A stretch of DNA of 64,000 bases from Abditibacteriaceae bacterium (lineage in GTDB: Bacteria > Armatimonadota > Abditibacteriia > Abditibacteriales > Abditibacteriaceae), in the NCBI GenBank assembly GCA_965277285.1, contig OZ255721.1, positions 2,144,001-2,208,000 on the forward strand, written 5' to 3'. Positions within the stretch are counted from its first letter, which is position 1. Each line of letters begins with the position of its first letter. Positions 8,878-17,690 of the stretch are shown in pieces. Made by a program: the position numbers and the translations under genes. Below the pieces are notes generated by a model, which worked only from the letters and a program-made list of their open reading frames with translations, was not told the origin of the DNA and did no database searches.

Positions 8878-9504
8878 ATGGAAATGGAGAAAAAGCAAAA
8901 TGCCGTTCTTGAGGCGGCTTACAAAGGCGAATTTGACAACATACGAATCCTGTTGGAAAAAGACCCGGAACTTGCAAGAATGCAGGGCACACCGGAACAG
9001 TGGGAAGGTGCCACCCCGCTAACTCTAGCGGCGTTGGTCGGACATCTTGAAATTGCAACCTTGCTCCTAGAGCATGGTGCCAACGTCAATCCCGTTTCTC
9101 AAGATGGTTCCGCTTTACTTATGGCCGTTTGGGGTGGCCATTTGCCGATGGTGCAGCTACTCCTGAAACGCGGTGCAGATCCGAACGTAGCGTCGGCAAG
9201 CGGTGAAACTCCGCTGATGGCCGCAGCCTATAAAGGGTTTACAGAGGCTGGTCAGCTTTTGATAGAAGCGGGTGCAATCATCAATTCCCAGACCACAAGC
9301 GGCACAACTGACTTCTTTAAAACATCGCCACCCGTATGCGGAGAATCTGCCCTCCACTTAGCAGCAGCTTACGGCCACCAAAGTTTTGTTGAGCTACTCT
9401 TGTACAATGGTGCGGACATAAATATTAAAGATCATACAGGACAGATACCCAAGCATTGGGCCGCTCGTTATGGAAGCAATGAACTAATCGACTTGCTCAA
9501 ATAG
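8878..9504 (+). CDS. Ankyrin repeat protein (cassette gene)
   Basis: Repeated 'GxTPLxxAA..G', 'LLEHGANVN', 'GESALHLAAAYGH'. Confidence 0.92.
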   Translation: MEMEKKQNAVLEAAYKGEFDNIRILLEKDPELARMQGTPEQWEGATPLTLAALVGHLEIATLLLEHGANVNPVSQDGSALLMAVWGGHLPMVQLLLKRGADPNVASASGETPLMAAAYKGFTEAGQLLIEAGAIINSQTTSGTTDFFKTSPPVCGESALHLAAAYGHQSFVELLLYNGADINIKDHTGQIPKHWAARYGSNELIDLLK

Positions 9505-9514
9505 ACTAATAGCC

Positions 9515-9599
9515 ACACAACAAAACGCTGCATCCGACCCCCTACATTCCTCGCTGGTTCCTCGCTCCGGCTTGCGGCGGGTGAGCTTAGTCGTTGTGC
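9515..9599 (+). other. attC site
   Basis: ACACAAC-AAAAC-GCTGCATC-CGACC...GGCG-GGTGAGC-TTAGTC-GTTGTGC. Confidence 0.85.
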
Positions 9600-9630
9600 T
9601 GCTTGCGCGCTACGTATAAAGTATGGCATA

Positions 9631-10167
9631 GTGGAATTTATGAAAAGCGCAAAGTCAACACGGAAACTGTTTGTTATCGGAACATTGGCAGCTTTTTTCC
9701 CTGTTGCCCTGGTTTGGTTTCAGGCGAATCGCCCCTATTCAGAACTTCCGCTCCGTGCCGAAACAGAACACGAGATGTTGAATCTATCCTACGAGCAAGG
9801 AAAAGGCGCTATTGATAAAGAGTTAAGGAAGCATGTCAGCAGTTACACGGCAAATGTAGACACACAAACACGCTGGCAAGAATTGCAGAGAACAATGATT
9901 GAACATGGTGCTGGCAAGCAAGAAGCACAGAACGTATTAGACTCCGCGCAGACTTACCTGCAAAGAGATGGGCGTGGCGTACCAAAACCTTATTGGCCGA
10001 TAGATGCCAGACGTGGTTGGGTAAAGAAAAAGCCAGTGTGGATAATTATTACGGCATGGCCATATCCACCGAAGGCGTCTGTTAATCCGCTCGCTCTGCC
10101 GTGGAGATATCAAATTAGTATTATTGATCCGGCAGACGTTATGAAGGTTGTGTTACGCAACGGTTAG
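9631..10167 (+). CDS. Hypothetical protein with N-terminal membrane anchor (cassette gene)
   Basis: ORF fills the cassette between attC sites; hydrophobic segment at residues ~13-30. Confidence 0.7.
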   Translation: MEFMKSAKSTRKLFVIGTLAAFFPVALVWFQANRPYSELPLRAETEHEMLNLSYEQGKGAIDKELRKHVSSYTANVDTQTRWQELQRTMIEHGAGKQEAQNVLDSAQTYLQRDGRGVPKPYWPIDARRGWVKKKPVWIIITAWPYPPKASVNPLALPWRYQISIIDPADVMKVVLRNG

Positions 10168-10240
10168 TTTATAGGGAGCACATTCGACCAGTCCTACAGA
10201 CATCTCTATGGCTAATCACTGTCGGATTGGCTAACAAGCA

Positions 10241-10318
10241 GCACAACAAAGCGTTGCACCCGACCGCTTACAGTCCGCTTCGCTCCCTTTCAGCGGCGGG
10301 TGAACTTGGTCGTTGTGC
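10241..10318 (+). other. attC site
   Basis: GCACAAC-AAAGC-GTTGCACC-CGACCGCT...AGCGGCG-GGTGAAC-TTGGTC-GTTGTGC; 10235-10247 is the exact complement of cassette start 9593-9605. Confidence 0.9.
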
Positions 10319-10331
10319 TGCGGCGCGCGGC

Positions 10332-10360
10332 TTGACGGCACAGTCTCAGGCAGATACCAT
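10332..10360 (+). promoter_or_regulatory. Sigma70-type promoter, probably giving a leaderless transcript
   Basis: TTGACG-17 bp-TACCAT, 7 nt before ATG 10368. Confidence 0.5.
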
Positions 10361-10367
10361 TCTTGCT

Positions 10368-11201
10368 ATGAACCTTCGGCATAATTTAGAGACAGTTCGT
10401 GCTTTACATCAGGCTTACGCAGACAAAACTCAATCGTCCTTCTCTGGGTTGGAGCAAATTCCAGGAAATCCGTATCAGGTTCAAATACGTAGTTTCGGTG
10501 CAACTCGAACCTTCATCGCTCGTGGACACGACTGGTCGAACCGTGTCACTCTAAATGGTGATGAAAGCTTTGAGCTAATTGAAGAGATTCTCTCCTACTA
10601 TGATGAGCACCAGCAAAAGTGCCACATAGAATGGAATCCTGCCATCTGCTATCGCCCGCAATCATGGAATGATGAACTCGGACATTATTTATTAAGCCGA
10701 GGATTCTCCCAGGGCGGATTTCGTTGTGTCTGGCATAGGTCAGCCACCGCAGAGGTCGCTCCAACGCCAAGTGGGCTAGTCATCCGCCATTTTGGTCCCG
10801 ATGAAGCAGGCCACTTCATCGATATTCTTATGGAGATGGAGAAGAAAGATGCTCAGGAAAGACGCACATTGGAACACAACATAGCCTTTGCTGAGGGCAG
10901 CGCCGAATGGCACCATTATATCGGCTATCTTGATGGCTCTCCTTGCTGCACTGCGACCCTATTTGAAAATGGCCACATCGGCTGTTTGGACTGGGGACAC
11001 ACATTAGCTGAATTTAGACGGCGCGGTTGCCATAAAGCACTGATTGAACGCCGTGTGTTAGATGCTCATAATGCTGGTTGTGAACAGGTGTTTGCTATAA
11101 CAGATTTCAATATTCCGAGTGCGGCTAATTTGCAGCACGCGGGATTCCAGTTGGCTTATAACTATGCCATGCGTATTCGAGAACCGTTGTCACAGCCATA
11201 A
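10368..11201 (+). CDS. GNAT N-acetyltransferase (cassette gene)
   Basis: C-terminal 'TLAEFRRRGCHKALIERR', 'PSAANLQHAGFQLAY'; upstream in-frame extension overlaps attC so start set at 10368. Confidence 0.8.
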   Translation: MNLRHNLETVRALHQAYADKTQSSFSGLEQIPGNPYQVQIRSFGATRTFIARGHDWSNRVTLNGDESFELIEEILSYYDEHQQKCHIEWNPAICYRPQSWNDELGHYLLSRGFSQGGFRCVWHRSATAEVAPTPSGLVIRHFGPDEAGHFIDILMEMEKKDAQERRTLEHNIAFAEGSAEWHHYIGYLDGSPCCTATLFENGHIGCLDWGHTLAEFRRRGCHKALIERRVLDAHNAGCEQVFAITDFNIPSAANLQHAGFQLAYNYAMRIREPLSQP

Positions 11202-11283
11202 AATTAGCAATAACCTGGTATCAGTTAACAAGTTGCCCAACAACGCGCAGTGCCTACCGCCCCACCGTTCCACCGCCACAAGC

Positions 11284-11319
11284 AACAGCGAGTACTCGAT
11301 CTGAGTACTCGCTGTTTTT
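11284..11319 (+). terminator. Hairpin with T-tract built from two GAGTACTC copies, directly after a truncated attC left arm (11235-11283)
   Basis: AACAGCGAGTACTC-GATCT-GAGTACTCGCTGTT-TTT, 14-bp stem. Confidence 0.6.
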
Positions 11320-11519
11320 CTGTCGTTTCAAATATCCGGCAAAACTTGCCCCGAGATGATGACCTGTATACTACCATTAGATGATGTTTTAGGAACATAG
11401 AATTAAAGAATGTTTGCGGTAAAACCCGCTTCTGGCGTACTTATGCCGCATGTCAAAATAACGAAAAAACGAGCAAATCCGCGATTTCATAGCATGTTTA
11501 GACGGCTAAACTGGAAGTT

Positions 11520-11541
11520 GCGGTATAAACAGATGTTGTAA
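11520..11541 (+). other. attI-like site
   Basis: ATAAAC-AGAT-GTTGTAAC with no attC arm upstream; 11535-11546 is the exact complement of 12309-12320, the inverse core of the next attC. Confidence 0.6.
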
Positions 11542-11592
11542 CGCTGCGCGCGGCGTTTCTAAAAGTCGTGCTTTCGATTAGAATAACAGCTT

Positions 11593-12303
11593 ATGTTTTA
11601 TGATCAGCAGGAATTTGAAGTTCGGTGCGAATGGGGAAAATTTGGCGTCACTGAGTTGGCACCCGTATCTGACGCTATAATTATTGTTGATGTCTTATCG
11701 TTTTCAACGTGTGTTGATATTGCCGTAGGAAATGGAGCCATTGTTTATCCATATCAATGGAAAGATGAATCCGCGTTTTCCTACGCAAAATCATTGGACG
11801 CCATCTTAGCCAACTTTGACAGAAAATTTGATACGGGCTACTCACTGGCTCCAACGTCCCTTCTTAACATTGCAAGCGGCACCCGTTTAGTTCTGCCTTC
11901 GCCAAATGGCTCATTGCTTTCGCTGGCGACCGGGCAAACACCAACCTTCGCTGGCTGTATCAGGAACGCTAAAGCTATAGCACATTCCGCTCAACAACTT
12001 GGTTCTCGTATCAGTTTAGTGCCTGCGGGCGAGAGGTGGCCCGATGGCAGCTTAAGACCGGCTTTTGAAGATTTGGTTGGTGCCGGAGCAATCATTCATT
12101 ACCTGTCTGGTAAACGGTCGCCGGAATCAGAACTCGCTGAAGGCGCTTTCCTGCACTTCAAAGATAATTTGAAGTCTTGCCTTAAGCGGTGCAGTTCTGG
12201 GAAAGAACTGATAAGTCGCGGTTTCGCAAGTGATGTGGATTTAGCCGCAGCCTTGAACCAAAGTCAGTTTTCTCCCAAATTGACGGACGGCGCTTACCAA
12301 TAA
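11593..12303 (+). CDS. 2-phosphosulfolactate phosphatase family protein (cassette gene)
   Basis: 'IIVDVLSFSTCV', 'LPSPNGS', 'PAGERW', 'EDLVGAGAII'. Confidence 0.88.
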   Translation: MFYDQQEFEVRCEWGKFGVTELAPVSDAIIIVDVLSFSTCVDIAVGNGAIVYPYQWKDESAFSYAKSLDAILANFDRKFDTGYSLAPTSLLNIASGTRLVLPSPNGSLLSLATGQTPTFAGCIRNAKAIAHSAQQLGSRISLVPAGERWPDGSLRPAFEDLVGAGAIIHYLSGKRSPESELAEGAFLHFKDNLKSCLKRCSSGKELISRGFASDVDLAAALNQSQFSPKLTDGAYQ

Positions 12304-12313
12304 ACAAACAGCG

Positions 12314-12418
12314 TTACAACAAGGCGCTGCACCCGACCGCCTACAGCTCCGTTCGTTTCGGTCGCAAGCTCCCTTCACTCTCTTCGCTTCCGGCGGCGGG
12401 TGAGCTTGGTCGTTAGCC
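12314..12418 (+). other. attC site
   Basis: TTACAAC-AAGGC-GCTGCACC-CGACCGCC...GGCGGCG-GGTGAGC-TTGGTC-GTTAGCC; canonical extrahelical G in L''. Confidence 0.92.
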
Positions 12419-12451
12419 CGCTGCGCGAAACTTTGCGGGAAGCGCGACATT

Positions 12452-12883
12452 ATGTTAATAAATAACTTCGTGGAATTGAACATCAGGGCGTATCAACCGA
12501 CGGATGAAGAACAGGTCATAAATCTGTGGCAAGAATGCTGTTTGGTCGTGCCTCAAAACAATCCGCAACGCGATATTCTTCTCAAGTTGCAAGTGCAACC
12601 GGAATTATTTTTAGTCGGTTTGGCCGGTTCTCAAATTGTTGCGTCCATTATGGCTGGATACGAAGGTCATAGAGGTTGGTTTAACTATCTGGCTGTTTCG
12701 CCTGATTTTCAGCGGCAAGGGATTGGTCGCCGCATGGTTGAAGCCGCAACAGCCAAACTTGAAGCAATGGGCTGTCCCAAAATAAACTTGCAAATTCGCA
12801 CTTCCAATACTGAAGTCATTGAGTTTTATAAGCGTATTGGCTTTACAATGGACAATGTGGTGAGCATGGGCAAGCGGCTCTAA
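12452..12883 (+). CDS. GNAT acetyltransferase, YpeA-like (cassette gene)
   Basis: 'MAGYEGHRGWFNYLAVSPDFQRQGIGR', 'GCPKINLQIR', 'SMGKRL'. Confidence 0.9.
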   Translation: MLINNFVELNIRAYQPTDEEQVINLWQECCLVVPQNNPQRDILLKLQVQPELFLVGLAGSQIVASIMAGYEGHRGWFNYLAVSPDFQRQGIGRRMVEAATAKLEAMGCPKINLQIRTSNTEVIEFYKRIGFTMDNVVSMGKRL

Positions 12884-12910
12884 AGATGCAACTGCGACGC
12901 ACTAACAGCG

Positions 12911-12998
12911 GGCTAACAAGGCGCTGCACCCGACCTCCTACAGCCTGCGCTCGTTCCTCGCTTCGGCTTTCGGCGGCGGGTGAGCTTAGTCGTTCTGC
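12911..12998 (+). other. attC site
   Basis: GGCTAAC-AAGGC-GCTGCACC...GGTGAGC-TTAGTC-GTT; 12906-12917 is the exact complement of cassette start 12412-12423. Confidence 0.92.
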
Positions 12999-13062
12999 TG
13001 CGGCGCGCGGCGAAACGGGAGCCGATGAACATATACTTCTGGAAATGAGATATGCCCACTTA

Positions 13063-13943
13063 AAGCCTATCCGAATAGGTTGGTAAACTGCGTGGCATGA
13101 AACATGAAATTCCGGTTCAAGAGTTTGTGATTTCGGATATGTTGTGGGAGTTGATCGAGCCGTTGTTACCGGTTCGCTAAAAGCCAGTGCATCCTTTAGG
13201 CTGCCATCGCCCGCGTGTTCCTGACCGTCAGGTCTTGAATGGCATCTTCTTCGTGCTGCGAACAGGCTGCCAGTGGAAAGCTTTGGATGCCACCGGCATT
13301 TGTTCGGGTTCAACAGCCCACGCGCGCTTTCAGGAGTGGGAGCAAGATGGCTTCTTCGTGCGCTTGTGGGAAGCGGCTTTGTGCGATTACGATGAACTCG
13401 TTGGCCTGGACTGGAGTTGGCTGGCACTCGATGGCGCAATGACTAAAGCGCCCTTGGGTGGGAAAAAAACCGGACCCAATCCCTGCGACCGCGCCAAAGG
13501 CGGCGTCAAAAGAAGCCTGCTGACTGAAGCTGCAGGGATTTCCGTGGGGCTGGAGATCGAAGGCGCCAACCGTCACGACATGAAACTGGTGGCGGCGACT
13601 TTGGCTAGTGTGACCCCAGTGGTTGAGGATAAGAGACTTTGTCATATGGCTCAGGGATGTGATCAGGACTTATGCCTGGATGCCGGTTATGACTACGACG
13701 AAGTGCGTGAGATTGCCCAAGCCTTTGGCTACACCACCCACATTCGACCGCGAGGCGAGGAAGTCCAGGCCAAACAAGTGGGAAAGAAAGCACGACGCTG
13801 GGTGGTGGAGAGAACGCATAGCTGGATCAACCGTTATCGCCGCTTGTTGGTCAGGTGGGAAAAGAAAGCCCAGAACTATCTGGCCATGCTGCACTTGGCC
13901 TGCGCACTCATTACTTGGAATCAATGCCTTTTCGGATAGACTC
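13063..13943 (+). mobile_element. IS5-family element (IS1031-like group)
   Basis: 17-bp imperfect terminal inverted repeats AAGCCTATCCGAATAGG / CCTTTTCGGATAGACTC; TTA target duplication at 13060-13062 and 13944-13946. Confidence 0.85.
13097..13939 (+). pseudogene. IS5-family transposase with in-frame nonsense codon
   Basis: 'SDMLWELIEPLLP' N-terminus from ATG 13097, in-frame TAA at 13178-13180, then 'LRTGCQWKAL', 'DAGYD', 'RWVVERTHSW'. Confidence 0.8.
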
Positions 13944-14050
13944 TTAATTGGCATAATAGCGCATTCTGTACATACAGAGCAGGGTTTGTATTCAGGTGAA
14001 GCTCGGCAACATCGTGGTTTTAAGTGTCAAGGATATTATTGCCTAAATTA
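13944..14050. repeat. ~100-bp MITE-like repeat, copy 2 (inverted relative to 4598-4696)
   Basis: ATACAGAGCAGGGTTTGTATTCAGGTGAAGCTCGGCAACATCGTGGTTTTAAGTGTCAAGGATATTATTGCC matches the reverse complement of copy 1 with 3 mismatches. Confidence 0.75.
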
Positions 14051-14161
14051 AATAGACAACCGACGCAGAGCAGCCAGGCACGAAGCCGTATTTCACGGCA
14101 CGGGCCAGTAGTGAGGCGTTTGAACGCCTATATTGCGAGACTATGACAAAGTGAGGGCAAG

Positions 14162-14995
14162 ATGAGCGAGTTTGGCAGCAACACGCCAGCAAATGACGTT
14201 GAAGGCCAGACTCATTATGAGGACGGTCAAGACCTCAGATTTGTGCCACCCCCGACCAGGATTTCGGTACCGTTGCCGTATTTAATAACGCCAGCAGGTC
14301 GTGATCTGTTTCTATCAGGTGAGAGGACGAAATTTGAAGCACTGCCAAACACAGACGATGCTTTCCTGTTCTATAGTTGTATCGTTCACTCTAAAATTGA
14401 GGAATTCTTTAGTTTCTACAAGCTTATGACGGAGGCGGCGCAATGGCATTCCGCTGTCAAAGACCATTGCCGCGACTATTTTGTTTTACGGATTTTGCCG
14501 GATTTTTCGGAACCTATCATGGACACTCCGGCAGACCGGATTATCGGCGGTTTTACATTCACGATACCAGTACAATTTCAGCCGATGCCGGACGGATTTG
14601 CTTTCCTTGTGCACCAAGAAATCTTTCGCGTGCAGGTACAGGACGAGCGACAGCCAGACAACGTAGATCGCCAAGTTGCCGGTATTCGGGAGCGAAACGA
14701 ACGCTTGGGCTTTCAGATGCCTTCAGTATTGCGCGCCGTTTCGCAGTTTCAATCGAATAGCATAGCCTATCAAGAGCAAATCACGATAATGCACGACAAC
14801 ACCGGCAGTGGCGCTACGCCGAAGCTCTTAGCGCGTGAATACGAGATCAATCTCGACACGATGCACCACCATTTAGATGAAGCCATCCGGCGCGGTGTCA
14901 TCAACCAAAAAAAGAACTTTAGCACCGAAGAAGTAGAGCGGCTCCGTCCTTTTCTAAATGTCAAGGTGCGTTCAAAGAAGCCACCACAAAGTTAA
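14162..14995 (+). CDS. Hypothetical protein, possible C-terminal HTH
   Basis: 277-aa ORF with GAGG RBS; 'TPKLLAREYEINLDTMHHHLDEAIRRG' is HTH-like. Confidence 0.6.
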   Translation: MSEFGSNTPANDVEGQTHYEDGQDLRFVPPPTRISVPLPYLITPAGRDLFLSGERTKFEALPNTDDAFLFYSCIVHSKIEEFFSFYKLMTEAAQWHSAVKDHCRDYFVLRILPDFSEPIMDTPADRIIGGFTFTIPVQFQPMPDGFAFLVHQEIFRVQVQDERQPDNVDRQVAGIRERNERLGFQMPSVLRAVSQFQSNSIAYQEQITIMHDNTGSGATPKLLAREYEINLDTMHHHLDEAIRRGVINQKKNFSTEEVERLRPFLNVKVRSKKPPQS

Positions 14996-15046
14996 TGCGG
15001 TTCCTATGCGGTTTTCTTAAAAGAACAACAAAAACGACAATAAGCT

Positions 15047-15089
15047 AAATGGCGCATGGAGAAAAAATCTCCATGCGCCATTTTTGTTT
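15047..15089 (+). terminator. 16-bp perfect hairpin with T-tract (terminator or operator)
   Basis: AAATGGCGCATGGAGA-AAAAA-TCTCCATGCGCCATTT then TTGTTT. Confidence 0.65.
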
Positions 15090-15102
15090 ATAAGGCGGCG
15101 AG

Positions 15103-15309
15103 ATGAACAATCTAAAGGAGATCAGAGACGAGCAAGGCTGCCGAATGTGGGAATTGGCAGCACGTTGCGGCGTGTCCGCTTCTACATTATCAGCAATCGA
15201 ACGCTACAACTATCGACCGCGTGAGGCGACGAGGAGCCGTATCGCCGCAGCTTTGGGCGTTGATGCCATACAAATTTGGCCATTGCCCGAAAAGGCGGAA
15301 ACACAATGA
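15103..15309 (+). CDS. XRE/Cro-family HTH regulator
   Basis: 'LKEIRDEQG...ELAARCGVSASTLSAIER...RIAAALGV'. Confidence 0.88.
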   Translation: MNNLKEIRDEQGCRMWELAARCGVSASTLSAIERYNYRPREATRSRIAAALGVDAIQIWPLPEKAETQ

Positions 15310-15500
15310 AACCCGCACGCGTGAGCGCCACACGCCCTGAAACGCAACCGAATCCCGCATGGATTTCGTTTTTTCAAGAGGCACTGCGTTTGTCGGCGCT
15401 CGCGCGTAGCCGTCGTGAAGAAGCAAGTGACACCGAGACACAACAGATGGGTAGAGCGCAAACAGAATGCGCTTCCACCGGCAACGATGAGCGCCAGTAA
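15306..15500 (+). CDS. Small hypothetical protein
   Basis: ATGA start/stop overlap with the HTH gene suggests translational coupling. Confidence 0.4.
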   Translation: MKPARVSATRPETQPNPAWISFFQEALRLSALARSRREEASDTETQQMGRAQTECASTGNDERQ

Positions 15501-15536
15501 GTTCAAGCATTAGACAGACACGACAAAGAGCAAATT

Positions 15537-17675
15537 GTGTCCAATTCCCGCATGCCACAGGCCAAAGACGTTCTCACAGGTGCCGTCAATGGCGCGCACC
15601 CAACGCAGCAAAACGGACACATCGAGTACTCGATTGGCGCCACAACACCCGCTGATCTTGCAGTACGCTACAACCTCAAGCGCGAAACCGCAAACGGCAA
15701 AGTCGAATATCACGGCCCCAATCCTTTTGATAAAGCCGGTGCGAAAGACGACGGCTTTATCCTCAACGACGACGGCACGGCTTGGGATCGTTCATTAGAT
15801 CGGCGTTATACAAGCCCCGAAGTTGCCGCACTTTTTGGAATTTCGCGCAACCAATACGAGCCGTGCCACGCATACCAAGAGCGCAACGATCATAACAACA
15901 GCCACAGCAACGGCTACTCAAACGGTCATACGTCGCCAATGCGCGCCACCGCGCCACAGCCACAGAAAACCCGCAAAACACTCGATACTCGCACGCTTGC
16001 AGAGCGCGGCATCACGCCCGAAACGATGCAAGCTTTTGGCATCACACACGACAAAAACGAACGTGATGGCGCTTTTGTCAAATATCCAACGCATCACCCA
16101 AACGGAGAGCGCGGGCGCGACCGCTTGAAGTATCAGCATCCCGACCGTGCAGGGACACCCGACAAACCAATAAAAAATATCTGGACAAAAACAGGCGGTG
16201 AAGGCATTCCGTGCGGCTACGGTTTAGAGCACGTACAGCGCGGCGATGATGTTTTTTTGGTCAACGGCGAGGTATCGGTTTGGTCATGCCACGAGAAAGG
16301 AATTAAAGCCGTTTGCCCTTTGGGAGAAGCGCGCAATCCTGAACCCTACCTAAAAGCACTGCAAGAACGCGGCGCGGCATCAATTCGCATCGTGTTCGAC
16401 AATGACATCACAGGGCGCACAGCCACAGAAAACACACTTCGCGCCGCGCGTGCCATTGGATTAACCGCAACCGCACACACTTGGCCGTCAGGATCGAAAG
16501 AAGGCGCCGACGTTTCCGATTTATACGAGCAATGCCAAAAAGACGGGCGCGAGTTTCTTGCAGCCCTTGAAACGTTGCCGATCTGGACACCGGAAGCGGA
16601 CGCGCCCAACGAATCGAGTACTCGAAAAGAGAAGCAGAGCGCAGAAAACAAAACCGAAAAAGAAGTTAAAGAATTTGTGTTCGAGTACTCGACAGATGCC
16701 GATCTCGACAGCCGACTAACTGGCATCGAATGGCTTTGGGAGGGTTACATTCCACGCGGCTTTGTTACCGGCCTTGTTGCCGACCAAGACCAAGGAAAAA
16801 GCACGGTCGCGCAAAACTTTTGCGACATTGTTTTGCGCGGCACTCGATGGCCGGACGGCCAACCACATACGCCAGCACCCAATACAAAACTTCTTTGGTT
16901 AGATACGGAAGGCTCAATAGCATTATTCCATGACCGCGTGAAGCAATGGAAAATGCCGCGAGGCCGTTTCATCTTGCCGCCCGATCCGTTGCAAGAATTG
17001 ACAGTAGACGACTTCGAGTGCTGGATGTGGATTGAAGCAGCAATTGAAAAGTTTCACCCGCCGCTTGTTGTTGTGGACGCCCTAAGCGGCGCACACAGAG
17101 GCAAAGAAAACGGCAACGATGAAATGAAACTCGTTATGAAAAAGCTGGCAGGGCTTGCGCAAAAGCACAATATCGCAGTTCTGGTTATCCATCATTTAGG
17201 CAAGCCTACACCAGGCGACCCAACATTTCCTATTTCGATTCATCGCTTGCGCGGCGCATCAGCAATTTCACAATATTGCCGCTCGATTTTAGCCGTTGGG
17301 ACGCCCGACACCGCAAGGCCAGAGGCGCGTAGGCTTGATGTAATCAAACTCAATCTTGCACGCAAACCCGCGCCCGTTGGATATGAGCTAACCGATGTTG
17401 GGCCAGCATGGGGCAAAGCACCCGAAGCGCCAAAACAACGCCGTGCTATTGATGACGCGATGGACTTCTTAGAAATTGCGTTGTCCAATGGTATGCGGCC
17501 TTCCGATGAAGTCACGGAAGAAGCCAAAGCCAACAACATAGGTTCCAATGCGTTGATGGATGCTCGCAAGGTCATGGGCATTAAAGCAAAGCATGAAGGC
17601 GGAAAAAATGGCCGATGGTTCTGGATTCCACCACAAAAAACGGTTAAAGCCTTTAACGAAGGCGAGGAGCAATAA
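15537..17675 (+). CDS. Primase (TOPRIM) fused to AAA_25/RepA-like helicase
   Basis: TOPRIM 'LVNGEV', 'VFDNDITG', 'ADVSD'; Walker A 'ADQDQGKST', 'WLDTEG', 'VVVDAL', 'IHHLGK', 'LRGASA'. Confidence 0.85.
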   Translation: MSNSRMPQAKDVLTGAVNGAHPTQQNGHIEYSIGATTPADLAVRYNLKRETANGKVEYHGPNPFDKAGAKDDGFILNDDGTAWDRSLDRRYTSPEVAALFGISRNQYEPCHAYQERNDHNNSHSNGYSNGHTSPMRATAPQPQKTRKTLDTRTLAERGITPETMQAFGITHDKNERDGAFVKYPTHHPNGERGRDRLKYQHPDRAGTPDKPIKNIWTKTGGEGIPCGYGLEHVQRGDDVFLVNGEVSVWSCHEKGIKAVCPLGEARNPEPYLKALQERGAASIRIVFDNDITGRTATENTLRAARAIGLTATAHTWPSGSKEGADVSDLYEQCQKDGREFLAALETLPIWTPEADAPNESSTRKEKQSAENKTEKEVKEFVFEYSTDADLDSRLTGIEWLWEGYIPRGFVTGLVADQDQGKSTVAQNFCDIVLRGTRWPDGQPHTPAPNTKLLWLDTEGSIALFHDRVKQWKMPRGRFILPPDPLQELTVDDFECWMWIEAAIEKFHPPLVVVDALSGAHRGKENGNDEMKLVMKKLAGLAQKHNIAVLVIHHLGKPTPGDPTFPISIHRLRGASAISQYCRSILAVGTPDTARPEARRLDVIKLNLARKPAPVGYELTDVGPAWGKAPEAPKQRRAIDDAMDFLEIALSNGMRPSDEVTEEAKANNIGSNALMDARKVMGIKAKHEGGKNGRWFWIPPQKTVKAFNEGEEQ

Positions 17676-17690
17676 AAAAGTAAAGTCGCG

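Noticed and set aside
10227..10367. N-terminal extensions of ORFs 10227, 5325 and 6698, and small ORFs such as 12886-13086
   Set aside because: They translate attC sequence; true starts lie downstream of the cassette boundary
5291..12998. CRISPR array suggested by recurring related repeats
   Set aside because: Repeats are 60-105 bp, variable, and separated by whole genes; they fit attC geometry and no cas genes are present
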